From Diploschistes diacapsis (lineage: Eukaryota), in NCBI GenBank assembly GCA_023645945.1, contig JALAIB010000071.1, forward strand, positions 1 through 35,707: a stretch of 35,707 bases of DNA, written 5' to 3'. The position numbers and the translations under genes are program-made. Positions within the stretch are counted from its first letter, which is position 1. Each line of letters begins with the position of its first letter. Below the pieces are notes generated by a model. It was not told the DNA's origin. It did not search any database and saw only the letters and a list, made by a program, of their open reading frames with translations. Positions 11,240 through 27,318 of this stretch are shown piece by piece.

Positions 11240-13444
11240 TCAACGCTTGCTGCTGCCGTTCTTGAGCATGTGCGTTCCGTTGCTGGCTCCCTCCGCGATC
11301 AGTTTATCCATGAACTGAGCGTAGTCGTACTTTGGCAGGTTGCGATCCTCCTCTTTGGTCGGGGAGCCAACATGCTGGGGCATGGACTGGATCAGGTCGT
11401 GGATAAGCTCGTCGGGAATGAGAGAGTGGCGGAGGTCGACTTCGGTGACATATGGCTTTGCGAACCGTCAGCACTTAGTGTAATGCGCAGCAGCACGCAA
11501 ACAGGGTCCCCCCTTTACCTTTCCTTCGGCAACTTCTTTGAAGCTTTGGAAGACTTGCTCTGCCGAGTTGTTGTCCTCGGTCACGGCGACCATGAAGCGG
11601 ATGAATCCTTCAAAGTCCACTTCGCCATTGCGGTTGCTGATCTCGTTGAAGACGGTGCGCATCTCCTGGTCGTCGTACACGAGACTGAGACTTGCCAGGG
11701 CCGCGGAGAACTCTACTTCCTGCAGAGAGTTGCTTCCGTCGCGGTCGAAATGGCGGAAGACAGACTCAAACTCTTCGAGCTGAATGGGAGTCAAGTTTGT
11801 CATGTCGCGCACCACTAGCTGATTGTCGAGGAAGGCTAGTTTCTTCTGCACGGCGCTCTTGACTAGCCCCAGTTCGTAAGCAAGCTCGTCGTAGGTGTAG
11901 GTCGTAAAGTCGTTCTCTTCGATGTTGGCTTTCGAGCATTGCTGGTCAATGTCGGAAATGGCCTTGAGGAATTCGTCTAGCGGCGCCAGGTTGTCGTTGA
12001 GCTTTTCTACAATGTCCAGCTGATCGTCGACATCGCCCTCGAGTCCGGAAAGAGCCGCGGAGAGCGTGTTGAGGGTGAGGGCAAAGTCGTTGGCCTTGTC
12101 GGCAAAGGTGCGTCTGAGTGCGTTCTTGATGCTGGACCCTGTTAGCCTAGCCGATACTGTAAAACTATTTCTCATACTCTCTGATTTTCTCGTTGATCAC
12201 CTGACTGCGCCTCCTCTCTGCCGACATGAGCATGTTCCATTCCCTGTCCAGTGCCTCGAGGCTCAGTTCCGCAGGCGGAATATAAGGCCGAAGTCGATAC
12301 GTGCCCATCTTCGTCTTGATATTCCCCAGCAGCGTAGCCAGCTCGGACTTTTCCGCCACCCAAAGGCGCTTCTGCTCCCTTCTGTAGTTGTTGAAGACTT
12401 GCAACTGCTCCTTCGCGTCCGTATATGTACCTTCGAACTTTGAAGTCTCCCAGCTCAACCTCTTGTCTACAAGCTCCGCGAGCAGCTTCCTCATTCTTTC
12501 TTCGAACGAATTTTGCATCCCCCAAGCTCCTTGCATGTTCTGAACGAATTTTTCGACCCTCCTGCCCGCATTCTCTACCTTTTCAAGCTGCGAGAATGCA
12601 TGGAACCAGTAGGCGATATAAGTCATGAGAGATCTCTCATCTGGCTTGGCAACGTCGCACACATCCTCCACGTCGAGCAGATCCGGAATGCCAATGGACT
12701 TGGCGAGGTCGAAAGCGAGCTTCATGTTGCCGCGGTGGTCTTCCTTGTCGAGCTTGTCGTAGTCGAGGAGGTCTGGGCGGTGGATGTCGAGCAGAGCACA
12801 GCTCAACAATGTCAGCTTACAGGACCTCCGCACAACACAACCGCAGTACGTACAATGCTAAACCGTCATTCCAGCTCGTGGAAAAGTCCCTCACGTCCAC
12901 ATCGTCATAGCAAGCAGTCTTCCTTTGACACCAGAGCAGCAAGCCCTCCTTTGCGCTCATGCCTTCCTGGCTGATGTCGCTGATGGTGAAACGCAGGATC
13001 AAGGTCCATACCAGTCCCAGGATGATCTTCCGGTTCCCGTCAACGACGTCCTCCGCACCGATGTTCGTCATCTGGATCCCCTTGGATTTGATGTAGTCGA
13101 GAGCTAGGTTGACATTCTCGAAGCGTTGGACTCGCAGCTTAGGACGTGCCGCATAGCGGCCGAGGGACTCGTTCCCAAGGCTTTCGAGGAGGTGGATGAG
13201 GATGATCTGGGAGATGACTGTCAGTATGTAATCCTCCTGGGGTTCTGCTGTTACGCACCCCATCCGAGAGATCCTTCACTATGCTGTTCACAGCGACGTT
13301 CCGAGCCGCGACCTTGGTATTGAGCCTTTCCATAAACTTTAGCATGCTCTCTTGTAGATAGATAGATCAATTCATGGTCATAGCGTACCATTTCGTGAAC
13401 GTCTTTTCTTGGACATCTATCCACTGTGGTTCCTTTAACGACAT
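11240..13444 (-). CDS. ain1: Alpha-actinin (2 CH domains, spectrin repeats, EF hands)
   Basis: Spliced ORF begins MSLKEPQWIDVQEKTFTKWLN. It contains DGNRKIILGLVWTLILRF, EGLLLWCQRKT, DFSTSWNDGL and PDERSLMTYIAYWFHAF, an EF-hand FRHFDRDGSNSL, and C-terminal YDYAQFMDKL. Five GT-AG introns; stop TGA at 11242-11240. Confidence 0.95.
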
Positions 13445-14331
13445 GCTGACATTGTATAGGAGATGTTGATGGCTCCGCAAGAGTTGGATTCTGGATACTA
13501 GTATAGGAATATATTAGGCGCTTGCGGCAAAACAATGAGCCAGCGATGACACAGTCACCACCACCAGTGACCAAACAGCTCGCGGAGGCCTTCAAAGGAT
13601 TTAAGTGGGAAGCAACAGCAGGATTATTGGCATAAGTTCTACTGGAAGCTCTTTACAAACTCGCTTCTAGAGCCAGGGCATGTGCTAAAACAAAAAGGAG
13701 TAGACCCCGGACTCGAGTCAACAAAGAGGAGTTGCTAGGCGAGCGACTCCCCGCCCCGCCCTGGACCCCTCATTGGTTCAAGATCTTCCAAATTCGCTCT
13801 AGCTTGGTCAACCCCTGCCAAGAGCTTCAGAGAGCGATAATTAGCATGGATCACGTGAATATTGATGATACACCATAGAACATTGGTTGGTTGATAAGTA
13901 AAAGTCCTAGTGTTTATGTGTACGGCCTAGGTATATCCCCGTACCTCTGTAGTATTAGTGCTATGACCATGCAGGCATTGCCTAGTTCTATAGATTTTAT
14001 AGAGCAGAGTGTCAGCATCCGTAATGTCAGCGTCTGGTCGAGGCCCGCCATAGGCATTTTCTCTCCTCAAATTCCTCAAATGCAACAGCACACGGGTATC
14101 ATTAGAAGATCCTCCAGATTTTATCGGCGACATTCAATCCTTCTCAAAAAAAACCATTTCGGTCATCCATGTCGTTACCTCTCGCATCACACTCTGTTAG
14201 AGCTTCCGGGGCCACCTTCACAATATGCCGCCAAGGACGCCAAGTATGATGCTGTCATGAATACCTGTGCCTGAATCATACTGAACAAGTAAATGCTGAT
14301 GCGTTACGTTCGGAGAGGAGACGGGGCGAGT

Positions 14332-17409
<3,078 letters not shown>

Positions 17410-18722
17410 CTCTATTGTGTCGTCGTGGGTTAGCCACCACTTTTGTGGTAGAGTAAAGATCGTGTAAACAGAGTGTCAGACCTGAGTTGGCGGCCAGCCA
17501 CCAGCAGACTTGGGATGGATATTTTTTCGACGATGTTGACGAGCAAAGCCTGAAATAAGCGGTTCAAGTGTCTGATCCAGCTTGCGACTTGATCTGTAGC
17601 AGATGGCGGGCTCAGATTGGATCGTGAGGAGTCACTACCAGAGGTATCTAAGTTACCTATCTCCCCAGCGACCGTTGATGCACGAGGATGGGGGATACGC
17701 CTAAACCTAAACGTTGACGGATTTCAACGTTTACATTGCCTACTGACAAGCGGTAGGGGTCGATTAGGAACTCATATTAGCATTTATTAGTAGGTCCGTG
17801 TGCGTGTCGACTCGGTTTGTTGGTGGAGTCCTGTATCGTTTGGAAAGGAATTCGGATTACAGTACTGTGAGAGTTGCGGTCGTTGGAAATTAGGTCTTGT
17901 ACAACATCCCCCACCAGCAAAACGTAGATACTCGACTTGGCCACACTCCCAACGACTTTAGATTCCAGTCTTGAAGGCAGTATCAAGGAAGTGTAGTATC
18001 GAGCATGGTGAATGAAAACGGCTACAAATCTTTTATGTTCACGTTAGGTCTATGATAGTCATTACTACGATGCTTGTTAGACATGCAAAGCTGACACAAT
18101 TAGACCCGACATCGATCACTTAAAGGGCGATAATAGGTCAATCTGAGAAGTCGCTTTGCTTTGCCGTCTTCTTGCTGCGGTAGGAAAGAGATAAAGGACC
18201 GCCACACTGTGCCCCTGCCGCGGTCACTGTGATCCAACTCAGATATATCCACGACATTTCCTGTGCGGATCCCGACTTCTTCTCAACAGATCCTATATTC
18301 CTATCATTGGCCCACAGTCCTCTGCGCCTGTTTCGCATGACTGCTAGCCAGTAGCCGGGATTGAACTATTAGGCATTGTAACAGGGCGCCTCCATTCACA
18401 AGAAGTTGCAAGAAGACAGAGATAACGGCTGCCACCCATCGGATGAATCTAACGATACTACCTAACGTATGTAGACTAAGACTAGCTTGTATACTTAGTC
18501 TATTTTCCCTACATCGGCCCTAGAACTCTGGTATATGTATAAGAATTCCCCCTCAGTGGGACAGTTGAATGGGTGTTGAGAAAAGCACTGCGGATAAAGG
18601 GATTCTCTGATTGATTTTGAATGAAAGATATTATATAACCGAATAACTGATTTGGTATCGGATACTATATAACTGCTCTCAACGCTTTCTCGACCGTCCC
18701 GAAGAACAGGAAAGCGGCCAGA

Positions 18723-19845
18723 ATGGAGAACAGCGACATCAAGGTAGATGCCAGCAAATTCCGCCCCGAATCAGTCCCAAAGTCAATATCAGCCTTCAAC
18801 GTCGGCATCAGAGAACAGACTCGAAAAAACCCGAAATGGTGGGAGGTTGGCGCAGCCAAGTACCGCCAAATGCGTCTCAATGGCGAAACCCCCTTCCCTA
18901 AAGCAGTAGTTCTAGATGGCTCCCCTTTCGAGATACCTTCCCGGGATAGCGGACGCAAGCTACCATGTCGCATCATGAAGCCCGACAATGGCCAGTACAG
19001 GACCGTCATCATGCACATTCATGGGGGAGGGTGGGTGCTGATGTCAGAGGAGGCGTGCGTACAATATCGTTCGGATCGGAGAACGACATACTGATGGATC
19101 GTAAAAGCTATGATCCGCTGCTCAAATTCTACGCAAATGGTGCTGCTGCTCTAGTGATTAGTGTCGGCTATCGTCTTGCGCCCGAGCATCCGTTCCCTGC
19201 AGGCCCTGACGACTGCCGCGATGCTGCAGAATGGCTTGTGGACAATGCAGAGAAGGAATTTGGCGCGCCCCTTCAATTCGTCACTGGGGACGTACGTAAC
19301 AGCGCGCATAGTCCATATCTCCTCCCTCACCGCCGCCACGCGCTCATAGACTTGCTAACGCCCGCTTTCAGTCCGCCGGCGGGCACCTCACCATGCTATC
19401 CTACCTCCATCTCGCGCGCTGCCGTCCCAATTTCCGTCTCAAGGGCCTCGTCCCCGCCTATGGCGTCTTTGACCTTACCAAATTGCCACAAACATTCAAC
19501 TTCGATGACGAGCTAATTCTGACCGAAGAGACCATGGACCATTATATAGAAGTTGTTTGCCCTGGCTGGTCGACCGCGCAGATAAAGGACCCAGCCACCT
19601 CACCACTATATGCCAAGCTCGAGGGGCTTGCGCTACCACCGACGCTTTTTGTTTGCGGCACGGCGGATGTGCTGGTGGACGATACAGCCTTCATGGCGGT
19701 CAAGTGGCAGATGGCGGGCGGCGAGGGAATGGTCAAGTACTATCCAGGTGCACCGCACGGGTTTTTGAGTTTCCCAGATACTATACCGGTGGCGAAGGAA
19801 GCGAAAAGGGATATTCTGGCGTTTTTCAACGCGAAGGCAGGATAA
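18723..19845 (+). CDS. Alpha/beta hydrolase, hormone-sensitive-lipase-like (Abhydrolase_3)
   Basis: HIHGGGW, SVGYRLAPEHPFPAG, nucleophile GD|SAGG split by an intron, GTADVLVDD and GAPHGF. Two introns. The start codon is not certain. Confidence 0.9.
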
Positions 19846-19962
19846 GTGGAAGAGAAGAGAGAGGCAATCCATGCGTGAGAGAATGTAGATATTGAGAATA
19901 GCATGGCTACTTCGAGGAGGAAATATCAGTAATACGTCCTGCACGAACAAGAGAGTTGTTGT

Positions 19963-21405
19963 TCATGATGATAACCCAATATCTCTTAAAAGGTCCAAGC
20001 AGCCATCGAGCTCCTTTTCCAGATGCCAAACTCTAGCCTTCAAGTCCGCATTTCCTCCTCCAAGACTCCCGTCTACAGTTGGTATCGAAGCGATGTGTCG
20101 ATTTTCGCATCGTTTGCAAGGGCTTCTTGGCAAAGCATATTGCTCCGATGCTGTTTCAATGTAGGGATGCGATCGAGGAATGGCGCCGTGCGGGCTTGGC
20201 CTGTCTGGAGAGTTCTCGTGTAATGTCTCCGAGGAATCCCCAGGATCCGAACTTGTGTCGCTCATCATGCTCGGGGTGCTGCTAAAGGTACTACCTAAGC
20301 TTGTTCTTCCTCTACCCCTGCCGCGGGATGGACTGGTGTTCTCGCCAACAACACGGATTGTCGATCGCTCAGCTTCCTTACGAAGGCGCCTTTCCTCCTC
20401 CAGCTCCTCGCGCAATGCTAGCATCTCCTTTTCTCGCTCATCAAGTCGACCGGATATATCGTTGAGTTGGGTCTTCAGATGATGAGCCCTTGTCTGAGCC
20501 TCCTCGAGCTCCTCATCCTGCACCTCTTGCTCGGCATGGAACTCCTTAAGGGCTAGAACCTGCTGTTTATAGGCAGCTTGCATTTCCGCAAGAAGCCCTT
20601 CGGCGTTTTGCTGGAGGTTTTTGAATGATGAAGGAGAAAATGGATCAGCAGGTCCATGTGGCTGAAGTGCTTTCTTGATATCAAGAGCAAAGAATTCATC
20701 ATTGAGTACATCTTGAGGTATCGGAGTTGACATCGGCGATGATTTGTTTGTGAAGAAGGAAAAGATACCTGATCCTGTGCCTGCTGGCTTTTGGGGTTTG
20801 ATTGATGTTGCGACGGATATTCTCTTGGCCACGGTCGGCCTAGAGTTCTGGGAAGCCTCCACTGGGTTTGCCAATTCTTTGATGGGTGAAGGTAGCACGC
20901 TAATATTGACCGGTGCGGATTCTCCTTGAAACCAGTTCGCAATCCTTATCGGGCTTGGACTGCGCTCAGTCTTCTCTTCCTTGCTTTTGGGCTTCAGATT
21001 CGGGGTAAACGCCGACCATCTCTCCTCCTCGGTTTTGGGGGATAAGGATGGTGAGATAGGTGGAGAAAGATCGAAGTTGATGTTTGCAGAGCTCGAGAAC
21101 AGAGAATTTGAGATCGCTACAGGGAGAATTGCAGGCTTGGACTCGACTTGAATATGTGTTGTGACCAGTGGCAGTCTTCGTGTTGGTGAGGTAGAGGTGA
21201 GAGCTCTGGTATGTCCATGCGCCTTATGTGGATCTCGAGGGTAGGGTGCTGATACACTCGCCTCATACCCCGTAGGCGAAGTTGTTAGGTGTGATTCGAG
21301 ACCTGACTCCAAGTCTTTGAAGTCAGTGAAACCGCGCGTATGCTGAAAGTAAGGCGACGACTGTGATCGTTGATGCAATGGCTTGGGCTCTGGATTGCCG
21401 AACAT
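19963..21405 (-). CDS. Uncharacterised 480-aa protein with S/P-rich N-terminus and central coiled coil
   Basis: Uninterrupted 480-codon ORF with ATG in good context. A DPFSPSSFKNL motif precedes an E/Q/K-rich coiled coil; there is a C-terminal CxxC and a short helix. Confidence 0.8.
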   Translation of the reverse strand: MFGNPEPKPLHQRSQSSPYFQHTRGFTDFKDLESGLESHLTTSPTGYEASVSAPYPRDPHKAHGHTRALTSTSPTRRLPLVTTHIQVESKPAILPVAISNSLFSSSANINFDLSPPISPSLSPKTEEERWSAFTPNLKPKSKEEKTERSPSPIRIANWFQGESAPVNISVLPSPIKELANPVEASQNSRPTVAKRISVATSIKPQKPAGTGSGIFSFFTNKSSPMSTPIPQDVLNDEFFALDIKKALQPHGPADPFSPSSFKNLQQNAEGLLAEMQAAYKQQVLALKEFHAEQEVQDEELEEAQTRAHHLKTQLNDISGRLDEREKEMLALREELEEERRLRKEAERSTIRVVGENTSPSRGRGRGRTSLGSTFSSTPSMMSDTSSDPGDSSETLHENSPDRPSPHGAIPRSHPYIETASEQYALPRSPCKRCENRHIASIPTVDGSLGGGNADLKARVWHLEKELDGCLDLLRDIGLSS

Positions 21406-22023
21406 TGTTTGCGTAACCCTGGAGTGATCCGAACCTCAGGTCTCGTGAGTCTCTGGCCCACGGTGGCGTGGTGGGTTGATTATCTGCCAGGACGTGGATA
21501 TTCCGTACAAAAGCTGATTGCCACACTCTTTGAGCGTGTTCTCGTTGAGCTGTTTTTCTTCTTTGGATTCTCTGTTAGTGTTCTGAATCGTCCTCGGGAT
21601 AACTGTGGGGGCGTGTTCCTTACTTTCACGGATACAATTCAGATGTTGGCTACCCAAGTTTGGCCACCAGATAGAGGGAACACTTCAAAGCTTAAAGCCT
21701 CGAAAAGCACAAATTTCAGGACAGAATCAATAGCACGATGTTTGGAAGCAAAGGGAGTCGAGAAAAGAAAGATCAACGCTCTCTGGATCTGGAGATAGGC
21801 TTGTTCAAATCTAGGACATGGCGGGGCTGGAAACGGAAGTGGCTGGAGTGGCTGGGGTGGCTGGCTGATTAAGCTCGGGGGATGTGGCTGGAATGGTGCA
21901 TGCCACTATCTTATCGGGCTCTTATGTAGATGCAGGGGAAAGATCAAGATAGAAATGATTACACCAGATCCTTTTCCTATTAGCGCTGATTAGGAACAAT
22001 CGGTCATTGAAGAACGAGCCAAG

Positions 22024-23820
22024 ATGGAGTTTGACCCCAAAGTTCGTGCGTCTAATCACTGGCCTGTTCTGACATTCCGAGTGGCAGGTGCTGAGCTGAG
22101 CCAATACAGCCCCCTACAGCACTAGTGATCAGACATCCTTCGCCTACATCTCAGCGCGGGACCGATGGCCTGTGATAATCGTGGGTGTTCAGCTCTAGGA
22201 GCTCTGACCACTGTGTCGCTTATACAGAGGCTTAGACTGGAGCCATAGACGACGTCCACCGTGCCGTCTCTGCTTGCAATGATATCGAGAAGGTTAAGGA
22301 GGGCAAAGCAATAGTCGAGAACATTGCCAAGCTCAAGTATGAGCTGCAGCACAACCGGAATCTTAGGTCTGGCTCCTCATCGTCTTATGTCGAGCGCACA
22401 CAGTTGACCCAGCTATTGCTTCAGGCCTTTGATCGACGATGGCGGCGCTGACATCGCAACCTACAACACTGAGCTCTCCGCTCGCGACACACCGTCTTGG
22501 TTCGCCGTTTCCTGGCTCTACGCAGAATGCTACCTGTATAGGCGGCTTCACACCCTCTTTTCGACGTCCACCTACTGGAGGAGTTATGACGTCTTTGCGC
22601 GTCAGAAACTTTCCACTTTCCGCTCCTCGCGCTCAGCAGTAATGGAGCTTGCTGGCCGGTATCGGACCCTAATTGAAGAGCTGTCGTCTGGCGCAAACCA
22701 GGCGGACAAAAGTCGAGAAGAGATTGCTGCCGCGGAACGCTTACTTTTCACGGAAATGGCGGAAATTTGTTTGTGGGGCAATGCCACGGATCTTTCTCTC
22801 CTTACCTCTCTATCCTATGATGATATACAAAAACTCCAAGGGTCACAAGCGCGCAAGGATTCGGAGAAGAACATCCTTGTCAATGACCTCCCTGCCGCTT
22901 TCGAATCGCTGAAAGCCTCTAGGAGCGCCAACCCGTCTGCAGATAGAACGGTAGACATCATCCTGGACAACGCGGGCTTCGAGCTCTTCGTTGACCTTCT
23001 TCTGGCTGGCTACCTAATATCCTCGAATCTATGCTCGCATGTAATCCTTCACCCCAAGTCTCAGCCTTGGTTTGTGTCGGACGTCACACCGCCTGATTTT
23101 GCCGCTCTGTTGAACGCACTCGCGGATCCACGAGCTTTCTATACTGCTCCCACGGACGATGACAAAGATGTTGATCGTGGGTCGCTTCAGCCGCTTGGTG
23201 AGATAGAGACCGAGGATATTGCTTTCTTATTCGAGCACTGGAGCGGGTTGCATGCTGAAGGCAAGCTGGCGCTTCGACCGAATGGGTTCTGGACGGGGCC
23301 GGGGAGTTACTGGCGGCTTGCGCATGGCCAGGAGGAGAAAGAGAAGGCATTGTGGGAAGATCTGAGGAGTAGCGGGTTGGTTATTTTTAAAGGGGATTTG
23401 AATTATCGAAAATTAACGGGAGATGTGAGTTGCCTCTTTTCTTTTCTCATGTTGTGCTTGTTTCGGGCCCTGATGCTACCCTTATTTCATCGTACATTTC
23501 ACTTTCAGAACCCTCGCACCTAGAATGTGCCTGCGAACGGATGCCGAATCTAGGATTCCATACTGATTTCGTCTTCGCTACAGGTGATGTGGCCGCCCAC
23601 AACTCCGTTTGCCTCGTCCCTTGGGCCCCTGGGTCCTGGTTCGGGTATTCGGACGCTAGCACTACGGACATGCAAAGCGGATGTTGTGGTCGGCCTACCT
23701 GAAGGAAAAGACGAGGAGATACGAGCAACTGAAGGCGGAGGTGGGGACGGTGGAGCAAGGAAATGGGCTTGGAGTGGAAAGTGGGCTGTCGTGCAGTTTT
23801 GTGATGGAAAAAAGGAGTGA
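22024..23820 (+). CDS. DUF89/ARMT1-like damage-control phosphatase (YMR027W-like)
   Basis: Spliced N-terminus MEFDPKVPPYSTSDQTSFAYISARDRWPVII|TGAIDDVH. Motifs WLYAECYLYRR, LWGNATDLS, LDNAGFEL, IFKGDLNYRKL and LRTCKADV. Four introns. Confidence 0.93.
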
Positions 23821-24002
23821 TGGAGATCATGATATCCTTAAGAACACACAGACAAACTCGTGGATTATAGAGGAATCGAGTTATGGAGAATTGGAAAATG
23901 TAATTGCATACTAGAGGAAAGGATAAAACTTAAGTGAAAATGTAGATCAGAATGTCAAGACCAATAACAACATGGGGAACAGAAAGAAAAACACAAGACG
24001 CA

Positions 24003-24030
24003 GAATCTGTAGAAGTGAATCTGTAGAAGT
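24003..24030. repeat. Perfect 14-bp tandem duplication
   Basis: GAATCTGTAGAAGT x2, intergenic. Confidence 0.9.
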
Positions 24031-24794
24031 AATACATTGTCATGAAAGTACTTAATTCCTGAACCAACAACACCCATCCTAGCATTCATGAACAGTCACA
24101 GCGGGGACTTTCAGAGAAGTCTCAAGATCGTAGTGATACATGTATCTTTGTTAGTGATTATGGGCTAGCGTTCAAACAGCACAAAAACGAAGAAAGCTTA
24201 GTGGCGTGAATCGGCAATCACAGAATTGGAGATATATAGTAGCCAAAACAAATGAAAGAGGGCAGGAAAAGATCCCTGCGAAATCACTTGTATATAAATA
24301 ACCATAGCCCATGATTGGCTCGCCTACTGTGGAAAAAACCCCTAAGTTGCTAAGAACTTCCTTTTTCGGTAGATTTTTGCATCCATGCAAGACCATGCCG
24401 AAATCCTCTCGTGTCTATGCTCCTGTCAACTCTTTCTGGGCGGGCATGAACTTTCGCATTCAGCTTATGCTCTCTGGTTTTCTTGTCTGGAGGCATTCAC
24501 TTAGAGAGCATGTGTGTCTCAAATTAACTGGGGTTTTCTGAGTGCTTTCAAACTCTGTAGGCGGCATCGCTATGAAGTAGCACGTTGGTTGGAACTTCTC
24601 GGAATCGACGTGGGCAAAAGGTGGAATTTGTTTCCTTTCTGTGTCTGACACTCTTGCATTCGATAAAAGCACCTGACATCCGAAACTCCTCAAGTCCCAT
24701 TTGTATTAAGTAGAGGTGTGCTTTCTTGACGACAATAAGGGCCTTGTATCAACACTGGCTCTGCACTAGGTCCCCCAAAGTATTCACGGCAAAA

Positions 24795-26519
24795 TCAAAT
24801 ATTCGTATCTCCCGCCAACCCCTCCCAGAACATGCACCTCTTCCACTCCCATCCCTTCACCACTTCCATCCCTGTCGCATTCGTCTGCAACCTCAGCCTC
24901 GCTCCCTTCCCAAGCTTCCTCCAAACCGGACTTCCCCCCTCCCTAAACTCATTCGGATCTCCGCCCGTAGCCGCGAAGCTCGTCCAGTACTTCTGAACCA
25001 CAGGCACAATGGCACTATTGACCCCTCCAGCACTGTAACTGTCCGCACCAGGCAGCGCTACGTATTGCGCAGCATATTCAGGTCCCCAAACGGCTTGCAC
25101 CTCCCACGTGTGGGGCACGATGTAGCCGGCGGCTACTTCGACGGGGTCGAGAATGTTGTCGCGGAAAAGATAGGTGGGTGCGCCTGCCTCGCTGAGTTTG
25201 TGGGCAAAGGTGAGTGCAGGACAGGAGAAGGCGAGATCGCCTAACATAGCCGCGAGGCGGTAGTAAAGGGGTGCTTCCGTGACGTTGACGCCGGGGTATG
25301 TTTGCGGGGTGTACGCGTACAGTTGGTCTGCCGAGGCGATGTCCGTGTCCGTGAGATTCGGGTACTGAGTCTGGAGGAAGGCGACAATGTCAGCTGTTGT
25401 GTTGGCCGGGGTGGCGAAAAGCGTGCCTTCTGTGTGCGAGGAGCCGATGATCAGGGGACGCGCTATGGAGAAATTGCCTGCTTGGAGCATCGCGCTGGTC
25501 GTATCGGTAAGGAGGCTTCCGTCAATGACAGGTAGGTAAGGAAACAGCGGTCTCTGGGACTCCCCGGGAAACGGGCGATCGATGTTTGCGGATTGGATGG
25601 CAGCGGAGTCGAGAGAGCGTAGGCAAGCGAGAGAACTGCAATTGGTTGCGTTAAGGAATTCGTTGTACTGGGTTTGTAGGCCCGCGACCGTGGATACCCG
25701 GGGCATGTACACGGCTTGAGCAATGCCGGCGCTCCAGGTTACGTTGTCGTCGGCTGGTGGATTGCCGCCGTATGCTAGTGTCTGCAGCAAGACGCTCCCA
25801 CCGCCAATGGAAGTGCCGAAGAGAGTGACACGATCGGGATCGCCACCAAATGCGGAAATATGTTCTTGTACCCATCTCATTGCTGTGCGCTGGTCGTGGA
25901 GACCGATATTAAGGTTACCTTCGGCTTGAAGCTCGTCGCTAGCGAGGAATCCGTACGCGCCAACGCGGTAGTTGAAGGTCACGATTATAGCCTTGCCGCT
26001 GCTAGCTTCGATAAGCCCTGTGCCGTTGTAGTTGGGGTTGAAAAGCTGAACGAAAGCGCCACCTTGGAGCCAGAGCATGACTGGCAGGCTACTATTGCCT
26101 TCGAAGATTGCGTTGGCCGGTGCGTATACGTCAATGAAGAGGCAGTCTTCGGAGTATGCGAGAGGAGCCGAGCCGATTGGAAGTTCATCGACGCCATAGC
26201 AGACAGAACCATGCTATTGGTACCATTAGCTGCTGAACTTCCGTCATTTCTCGTCGCAATTCAACCTTACTTCCTTAGCTTGAATAATGGCAGTCTCGTT
26301 TAGCGGAGCTTGGGCAAGCCTGAAGCGGTTCTCGTCCACAGGAGGGGCTGCATACCGCATGCCCAAGAATTGGGTGACTCCATTGGCAAGTGCGGTCCCC
26401 TCGTAGGTAGCATACCCAAGATTGACTTGAGGGTCCGCTGCAGCAGACGCCAGGGACAAGCCAGCAAGGATTAACTGCACGATGCACATAACAAACATAG
26501 GGTGTATCGTATAGACCAT
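24795..26519 (-). CDS. Secreted type-B carboxylesterase/lipase (COesterase)
   Basis: Hydrophobic signal peptide, then FLGMRYAAPP, SEDCLFIDVYAP, WLQGGAF, NYRVGAYGFL, GLHDQ and FGGDPDRVTLFGTSIGG. Putative catalytic E (HTEG) and H (VPHTWE). One intron at about 26270-26214. The start could be one of several nearby Met codons. Confidence 0.93.
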
Positions 26520-27318
26520 CAAGATTGCACAGAAGTAGACACAGCTAGGGAATGCCGACTTGAGAAAGCTTCAATGGAGTAAATGTCCTAGGGAATCATC
26601 TGTTATATCCAGATATCCAGCGCCCATTAATGTGCTTCGGGTGAAAGTCCGTGACATATGCTTCAACTTGACGCGAATCTCTTTTACAAAGCGGTTTAAC
26701 AACCAACCTCCAGTGCCAGCCCCAACGCGGTCTGACAAATTCGACGTTATTAAGCATTCTATTACTAATTGACACTGCCGCTCCATATTGGATGGATAAT
26801 TAGTAGGATATGGTTCTGTTTATGGCACCTTAGGTCGCGAAGATCGTTCCATACATGAAAATATCTTATTAAATAAAAGTAAGCACCACGCACCGAAGAA
26901 AAGCACAGTGATTATGTTAGGAGATCGAGTGAGACACGAATTTACTAAACTTGGCCGGCTTAGAAAGCGGGTGAAACAATGAGATAAAATGTCTTGCACT
27001 ATTTCAAGCATTATTTTGTGCTTGGTAATACCTCAGTCGAGAGCGACGAGCAATAACAAAATCCATCTCTCACTTACCTAGGTGACATTCGGTCATCTGG
27101 AATTGACCTGCTGTGCTTATATAGTAGCTCTGTCCGTGGCCTTGAGTGGTAATGATGTTCCATTTGTTCGTGGGATTCGTCTGCTCTGCTTTTTTAGGAC
27201 TCCCCATTCCTCAATGACAGATTGCTGAAGACTACCCGCGTACCTCACAAATAACAGATAGTGGTCCGAAGCACTTGTTGGGCATTGCATTCATATGATC
27301 ACTGTGCCGCTGTGAGCC

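Noticed and set aside
26571..26786. VGAGTGGWL resembling a SAM-binding motif I
   Set aside because: This is a single short motif in a 71-aa non-ATG ORF within the esterase upstream region, with no other convincing methyltransferase motifs.
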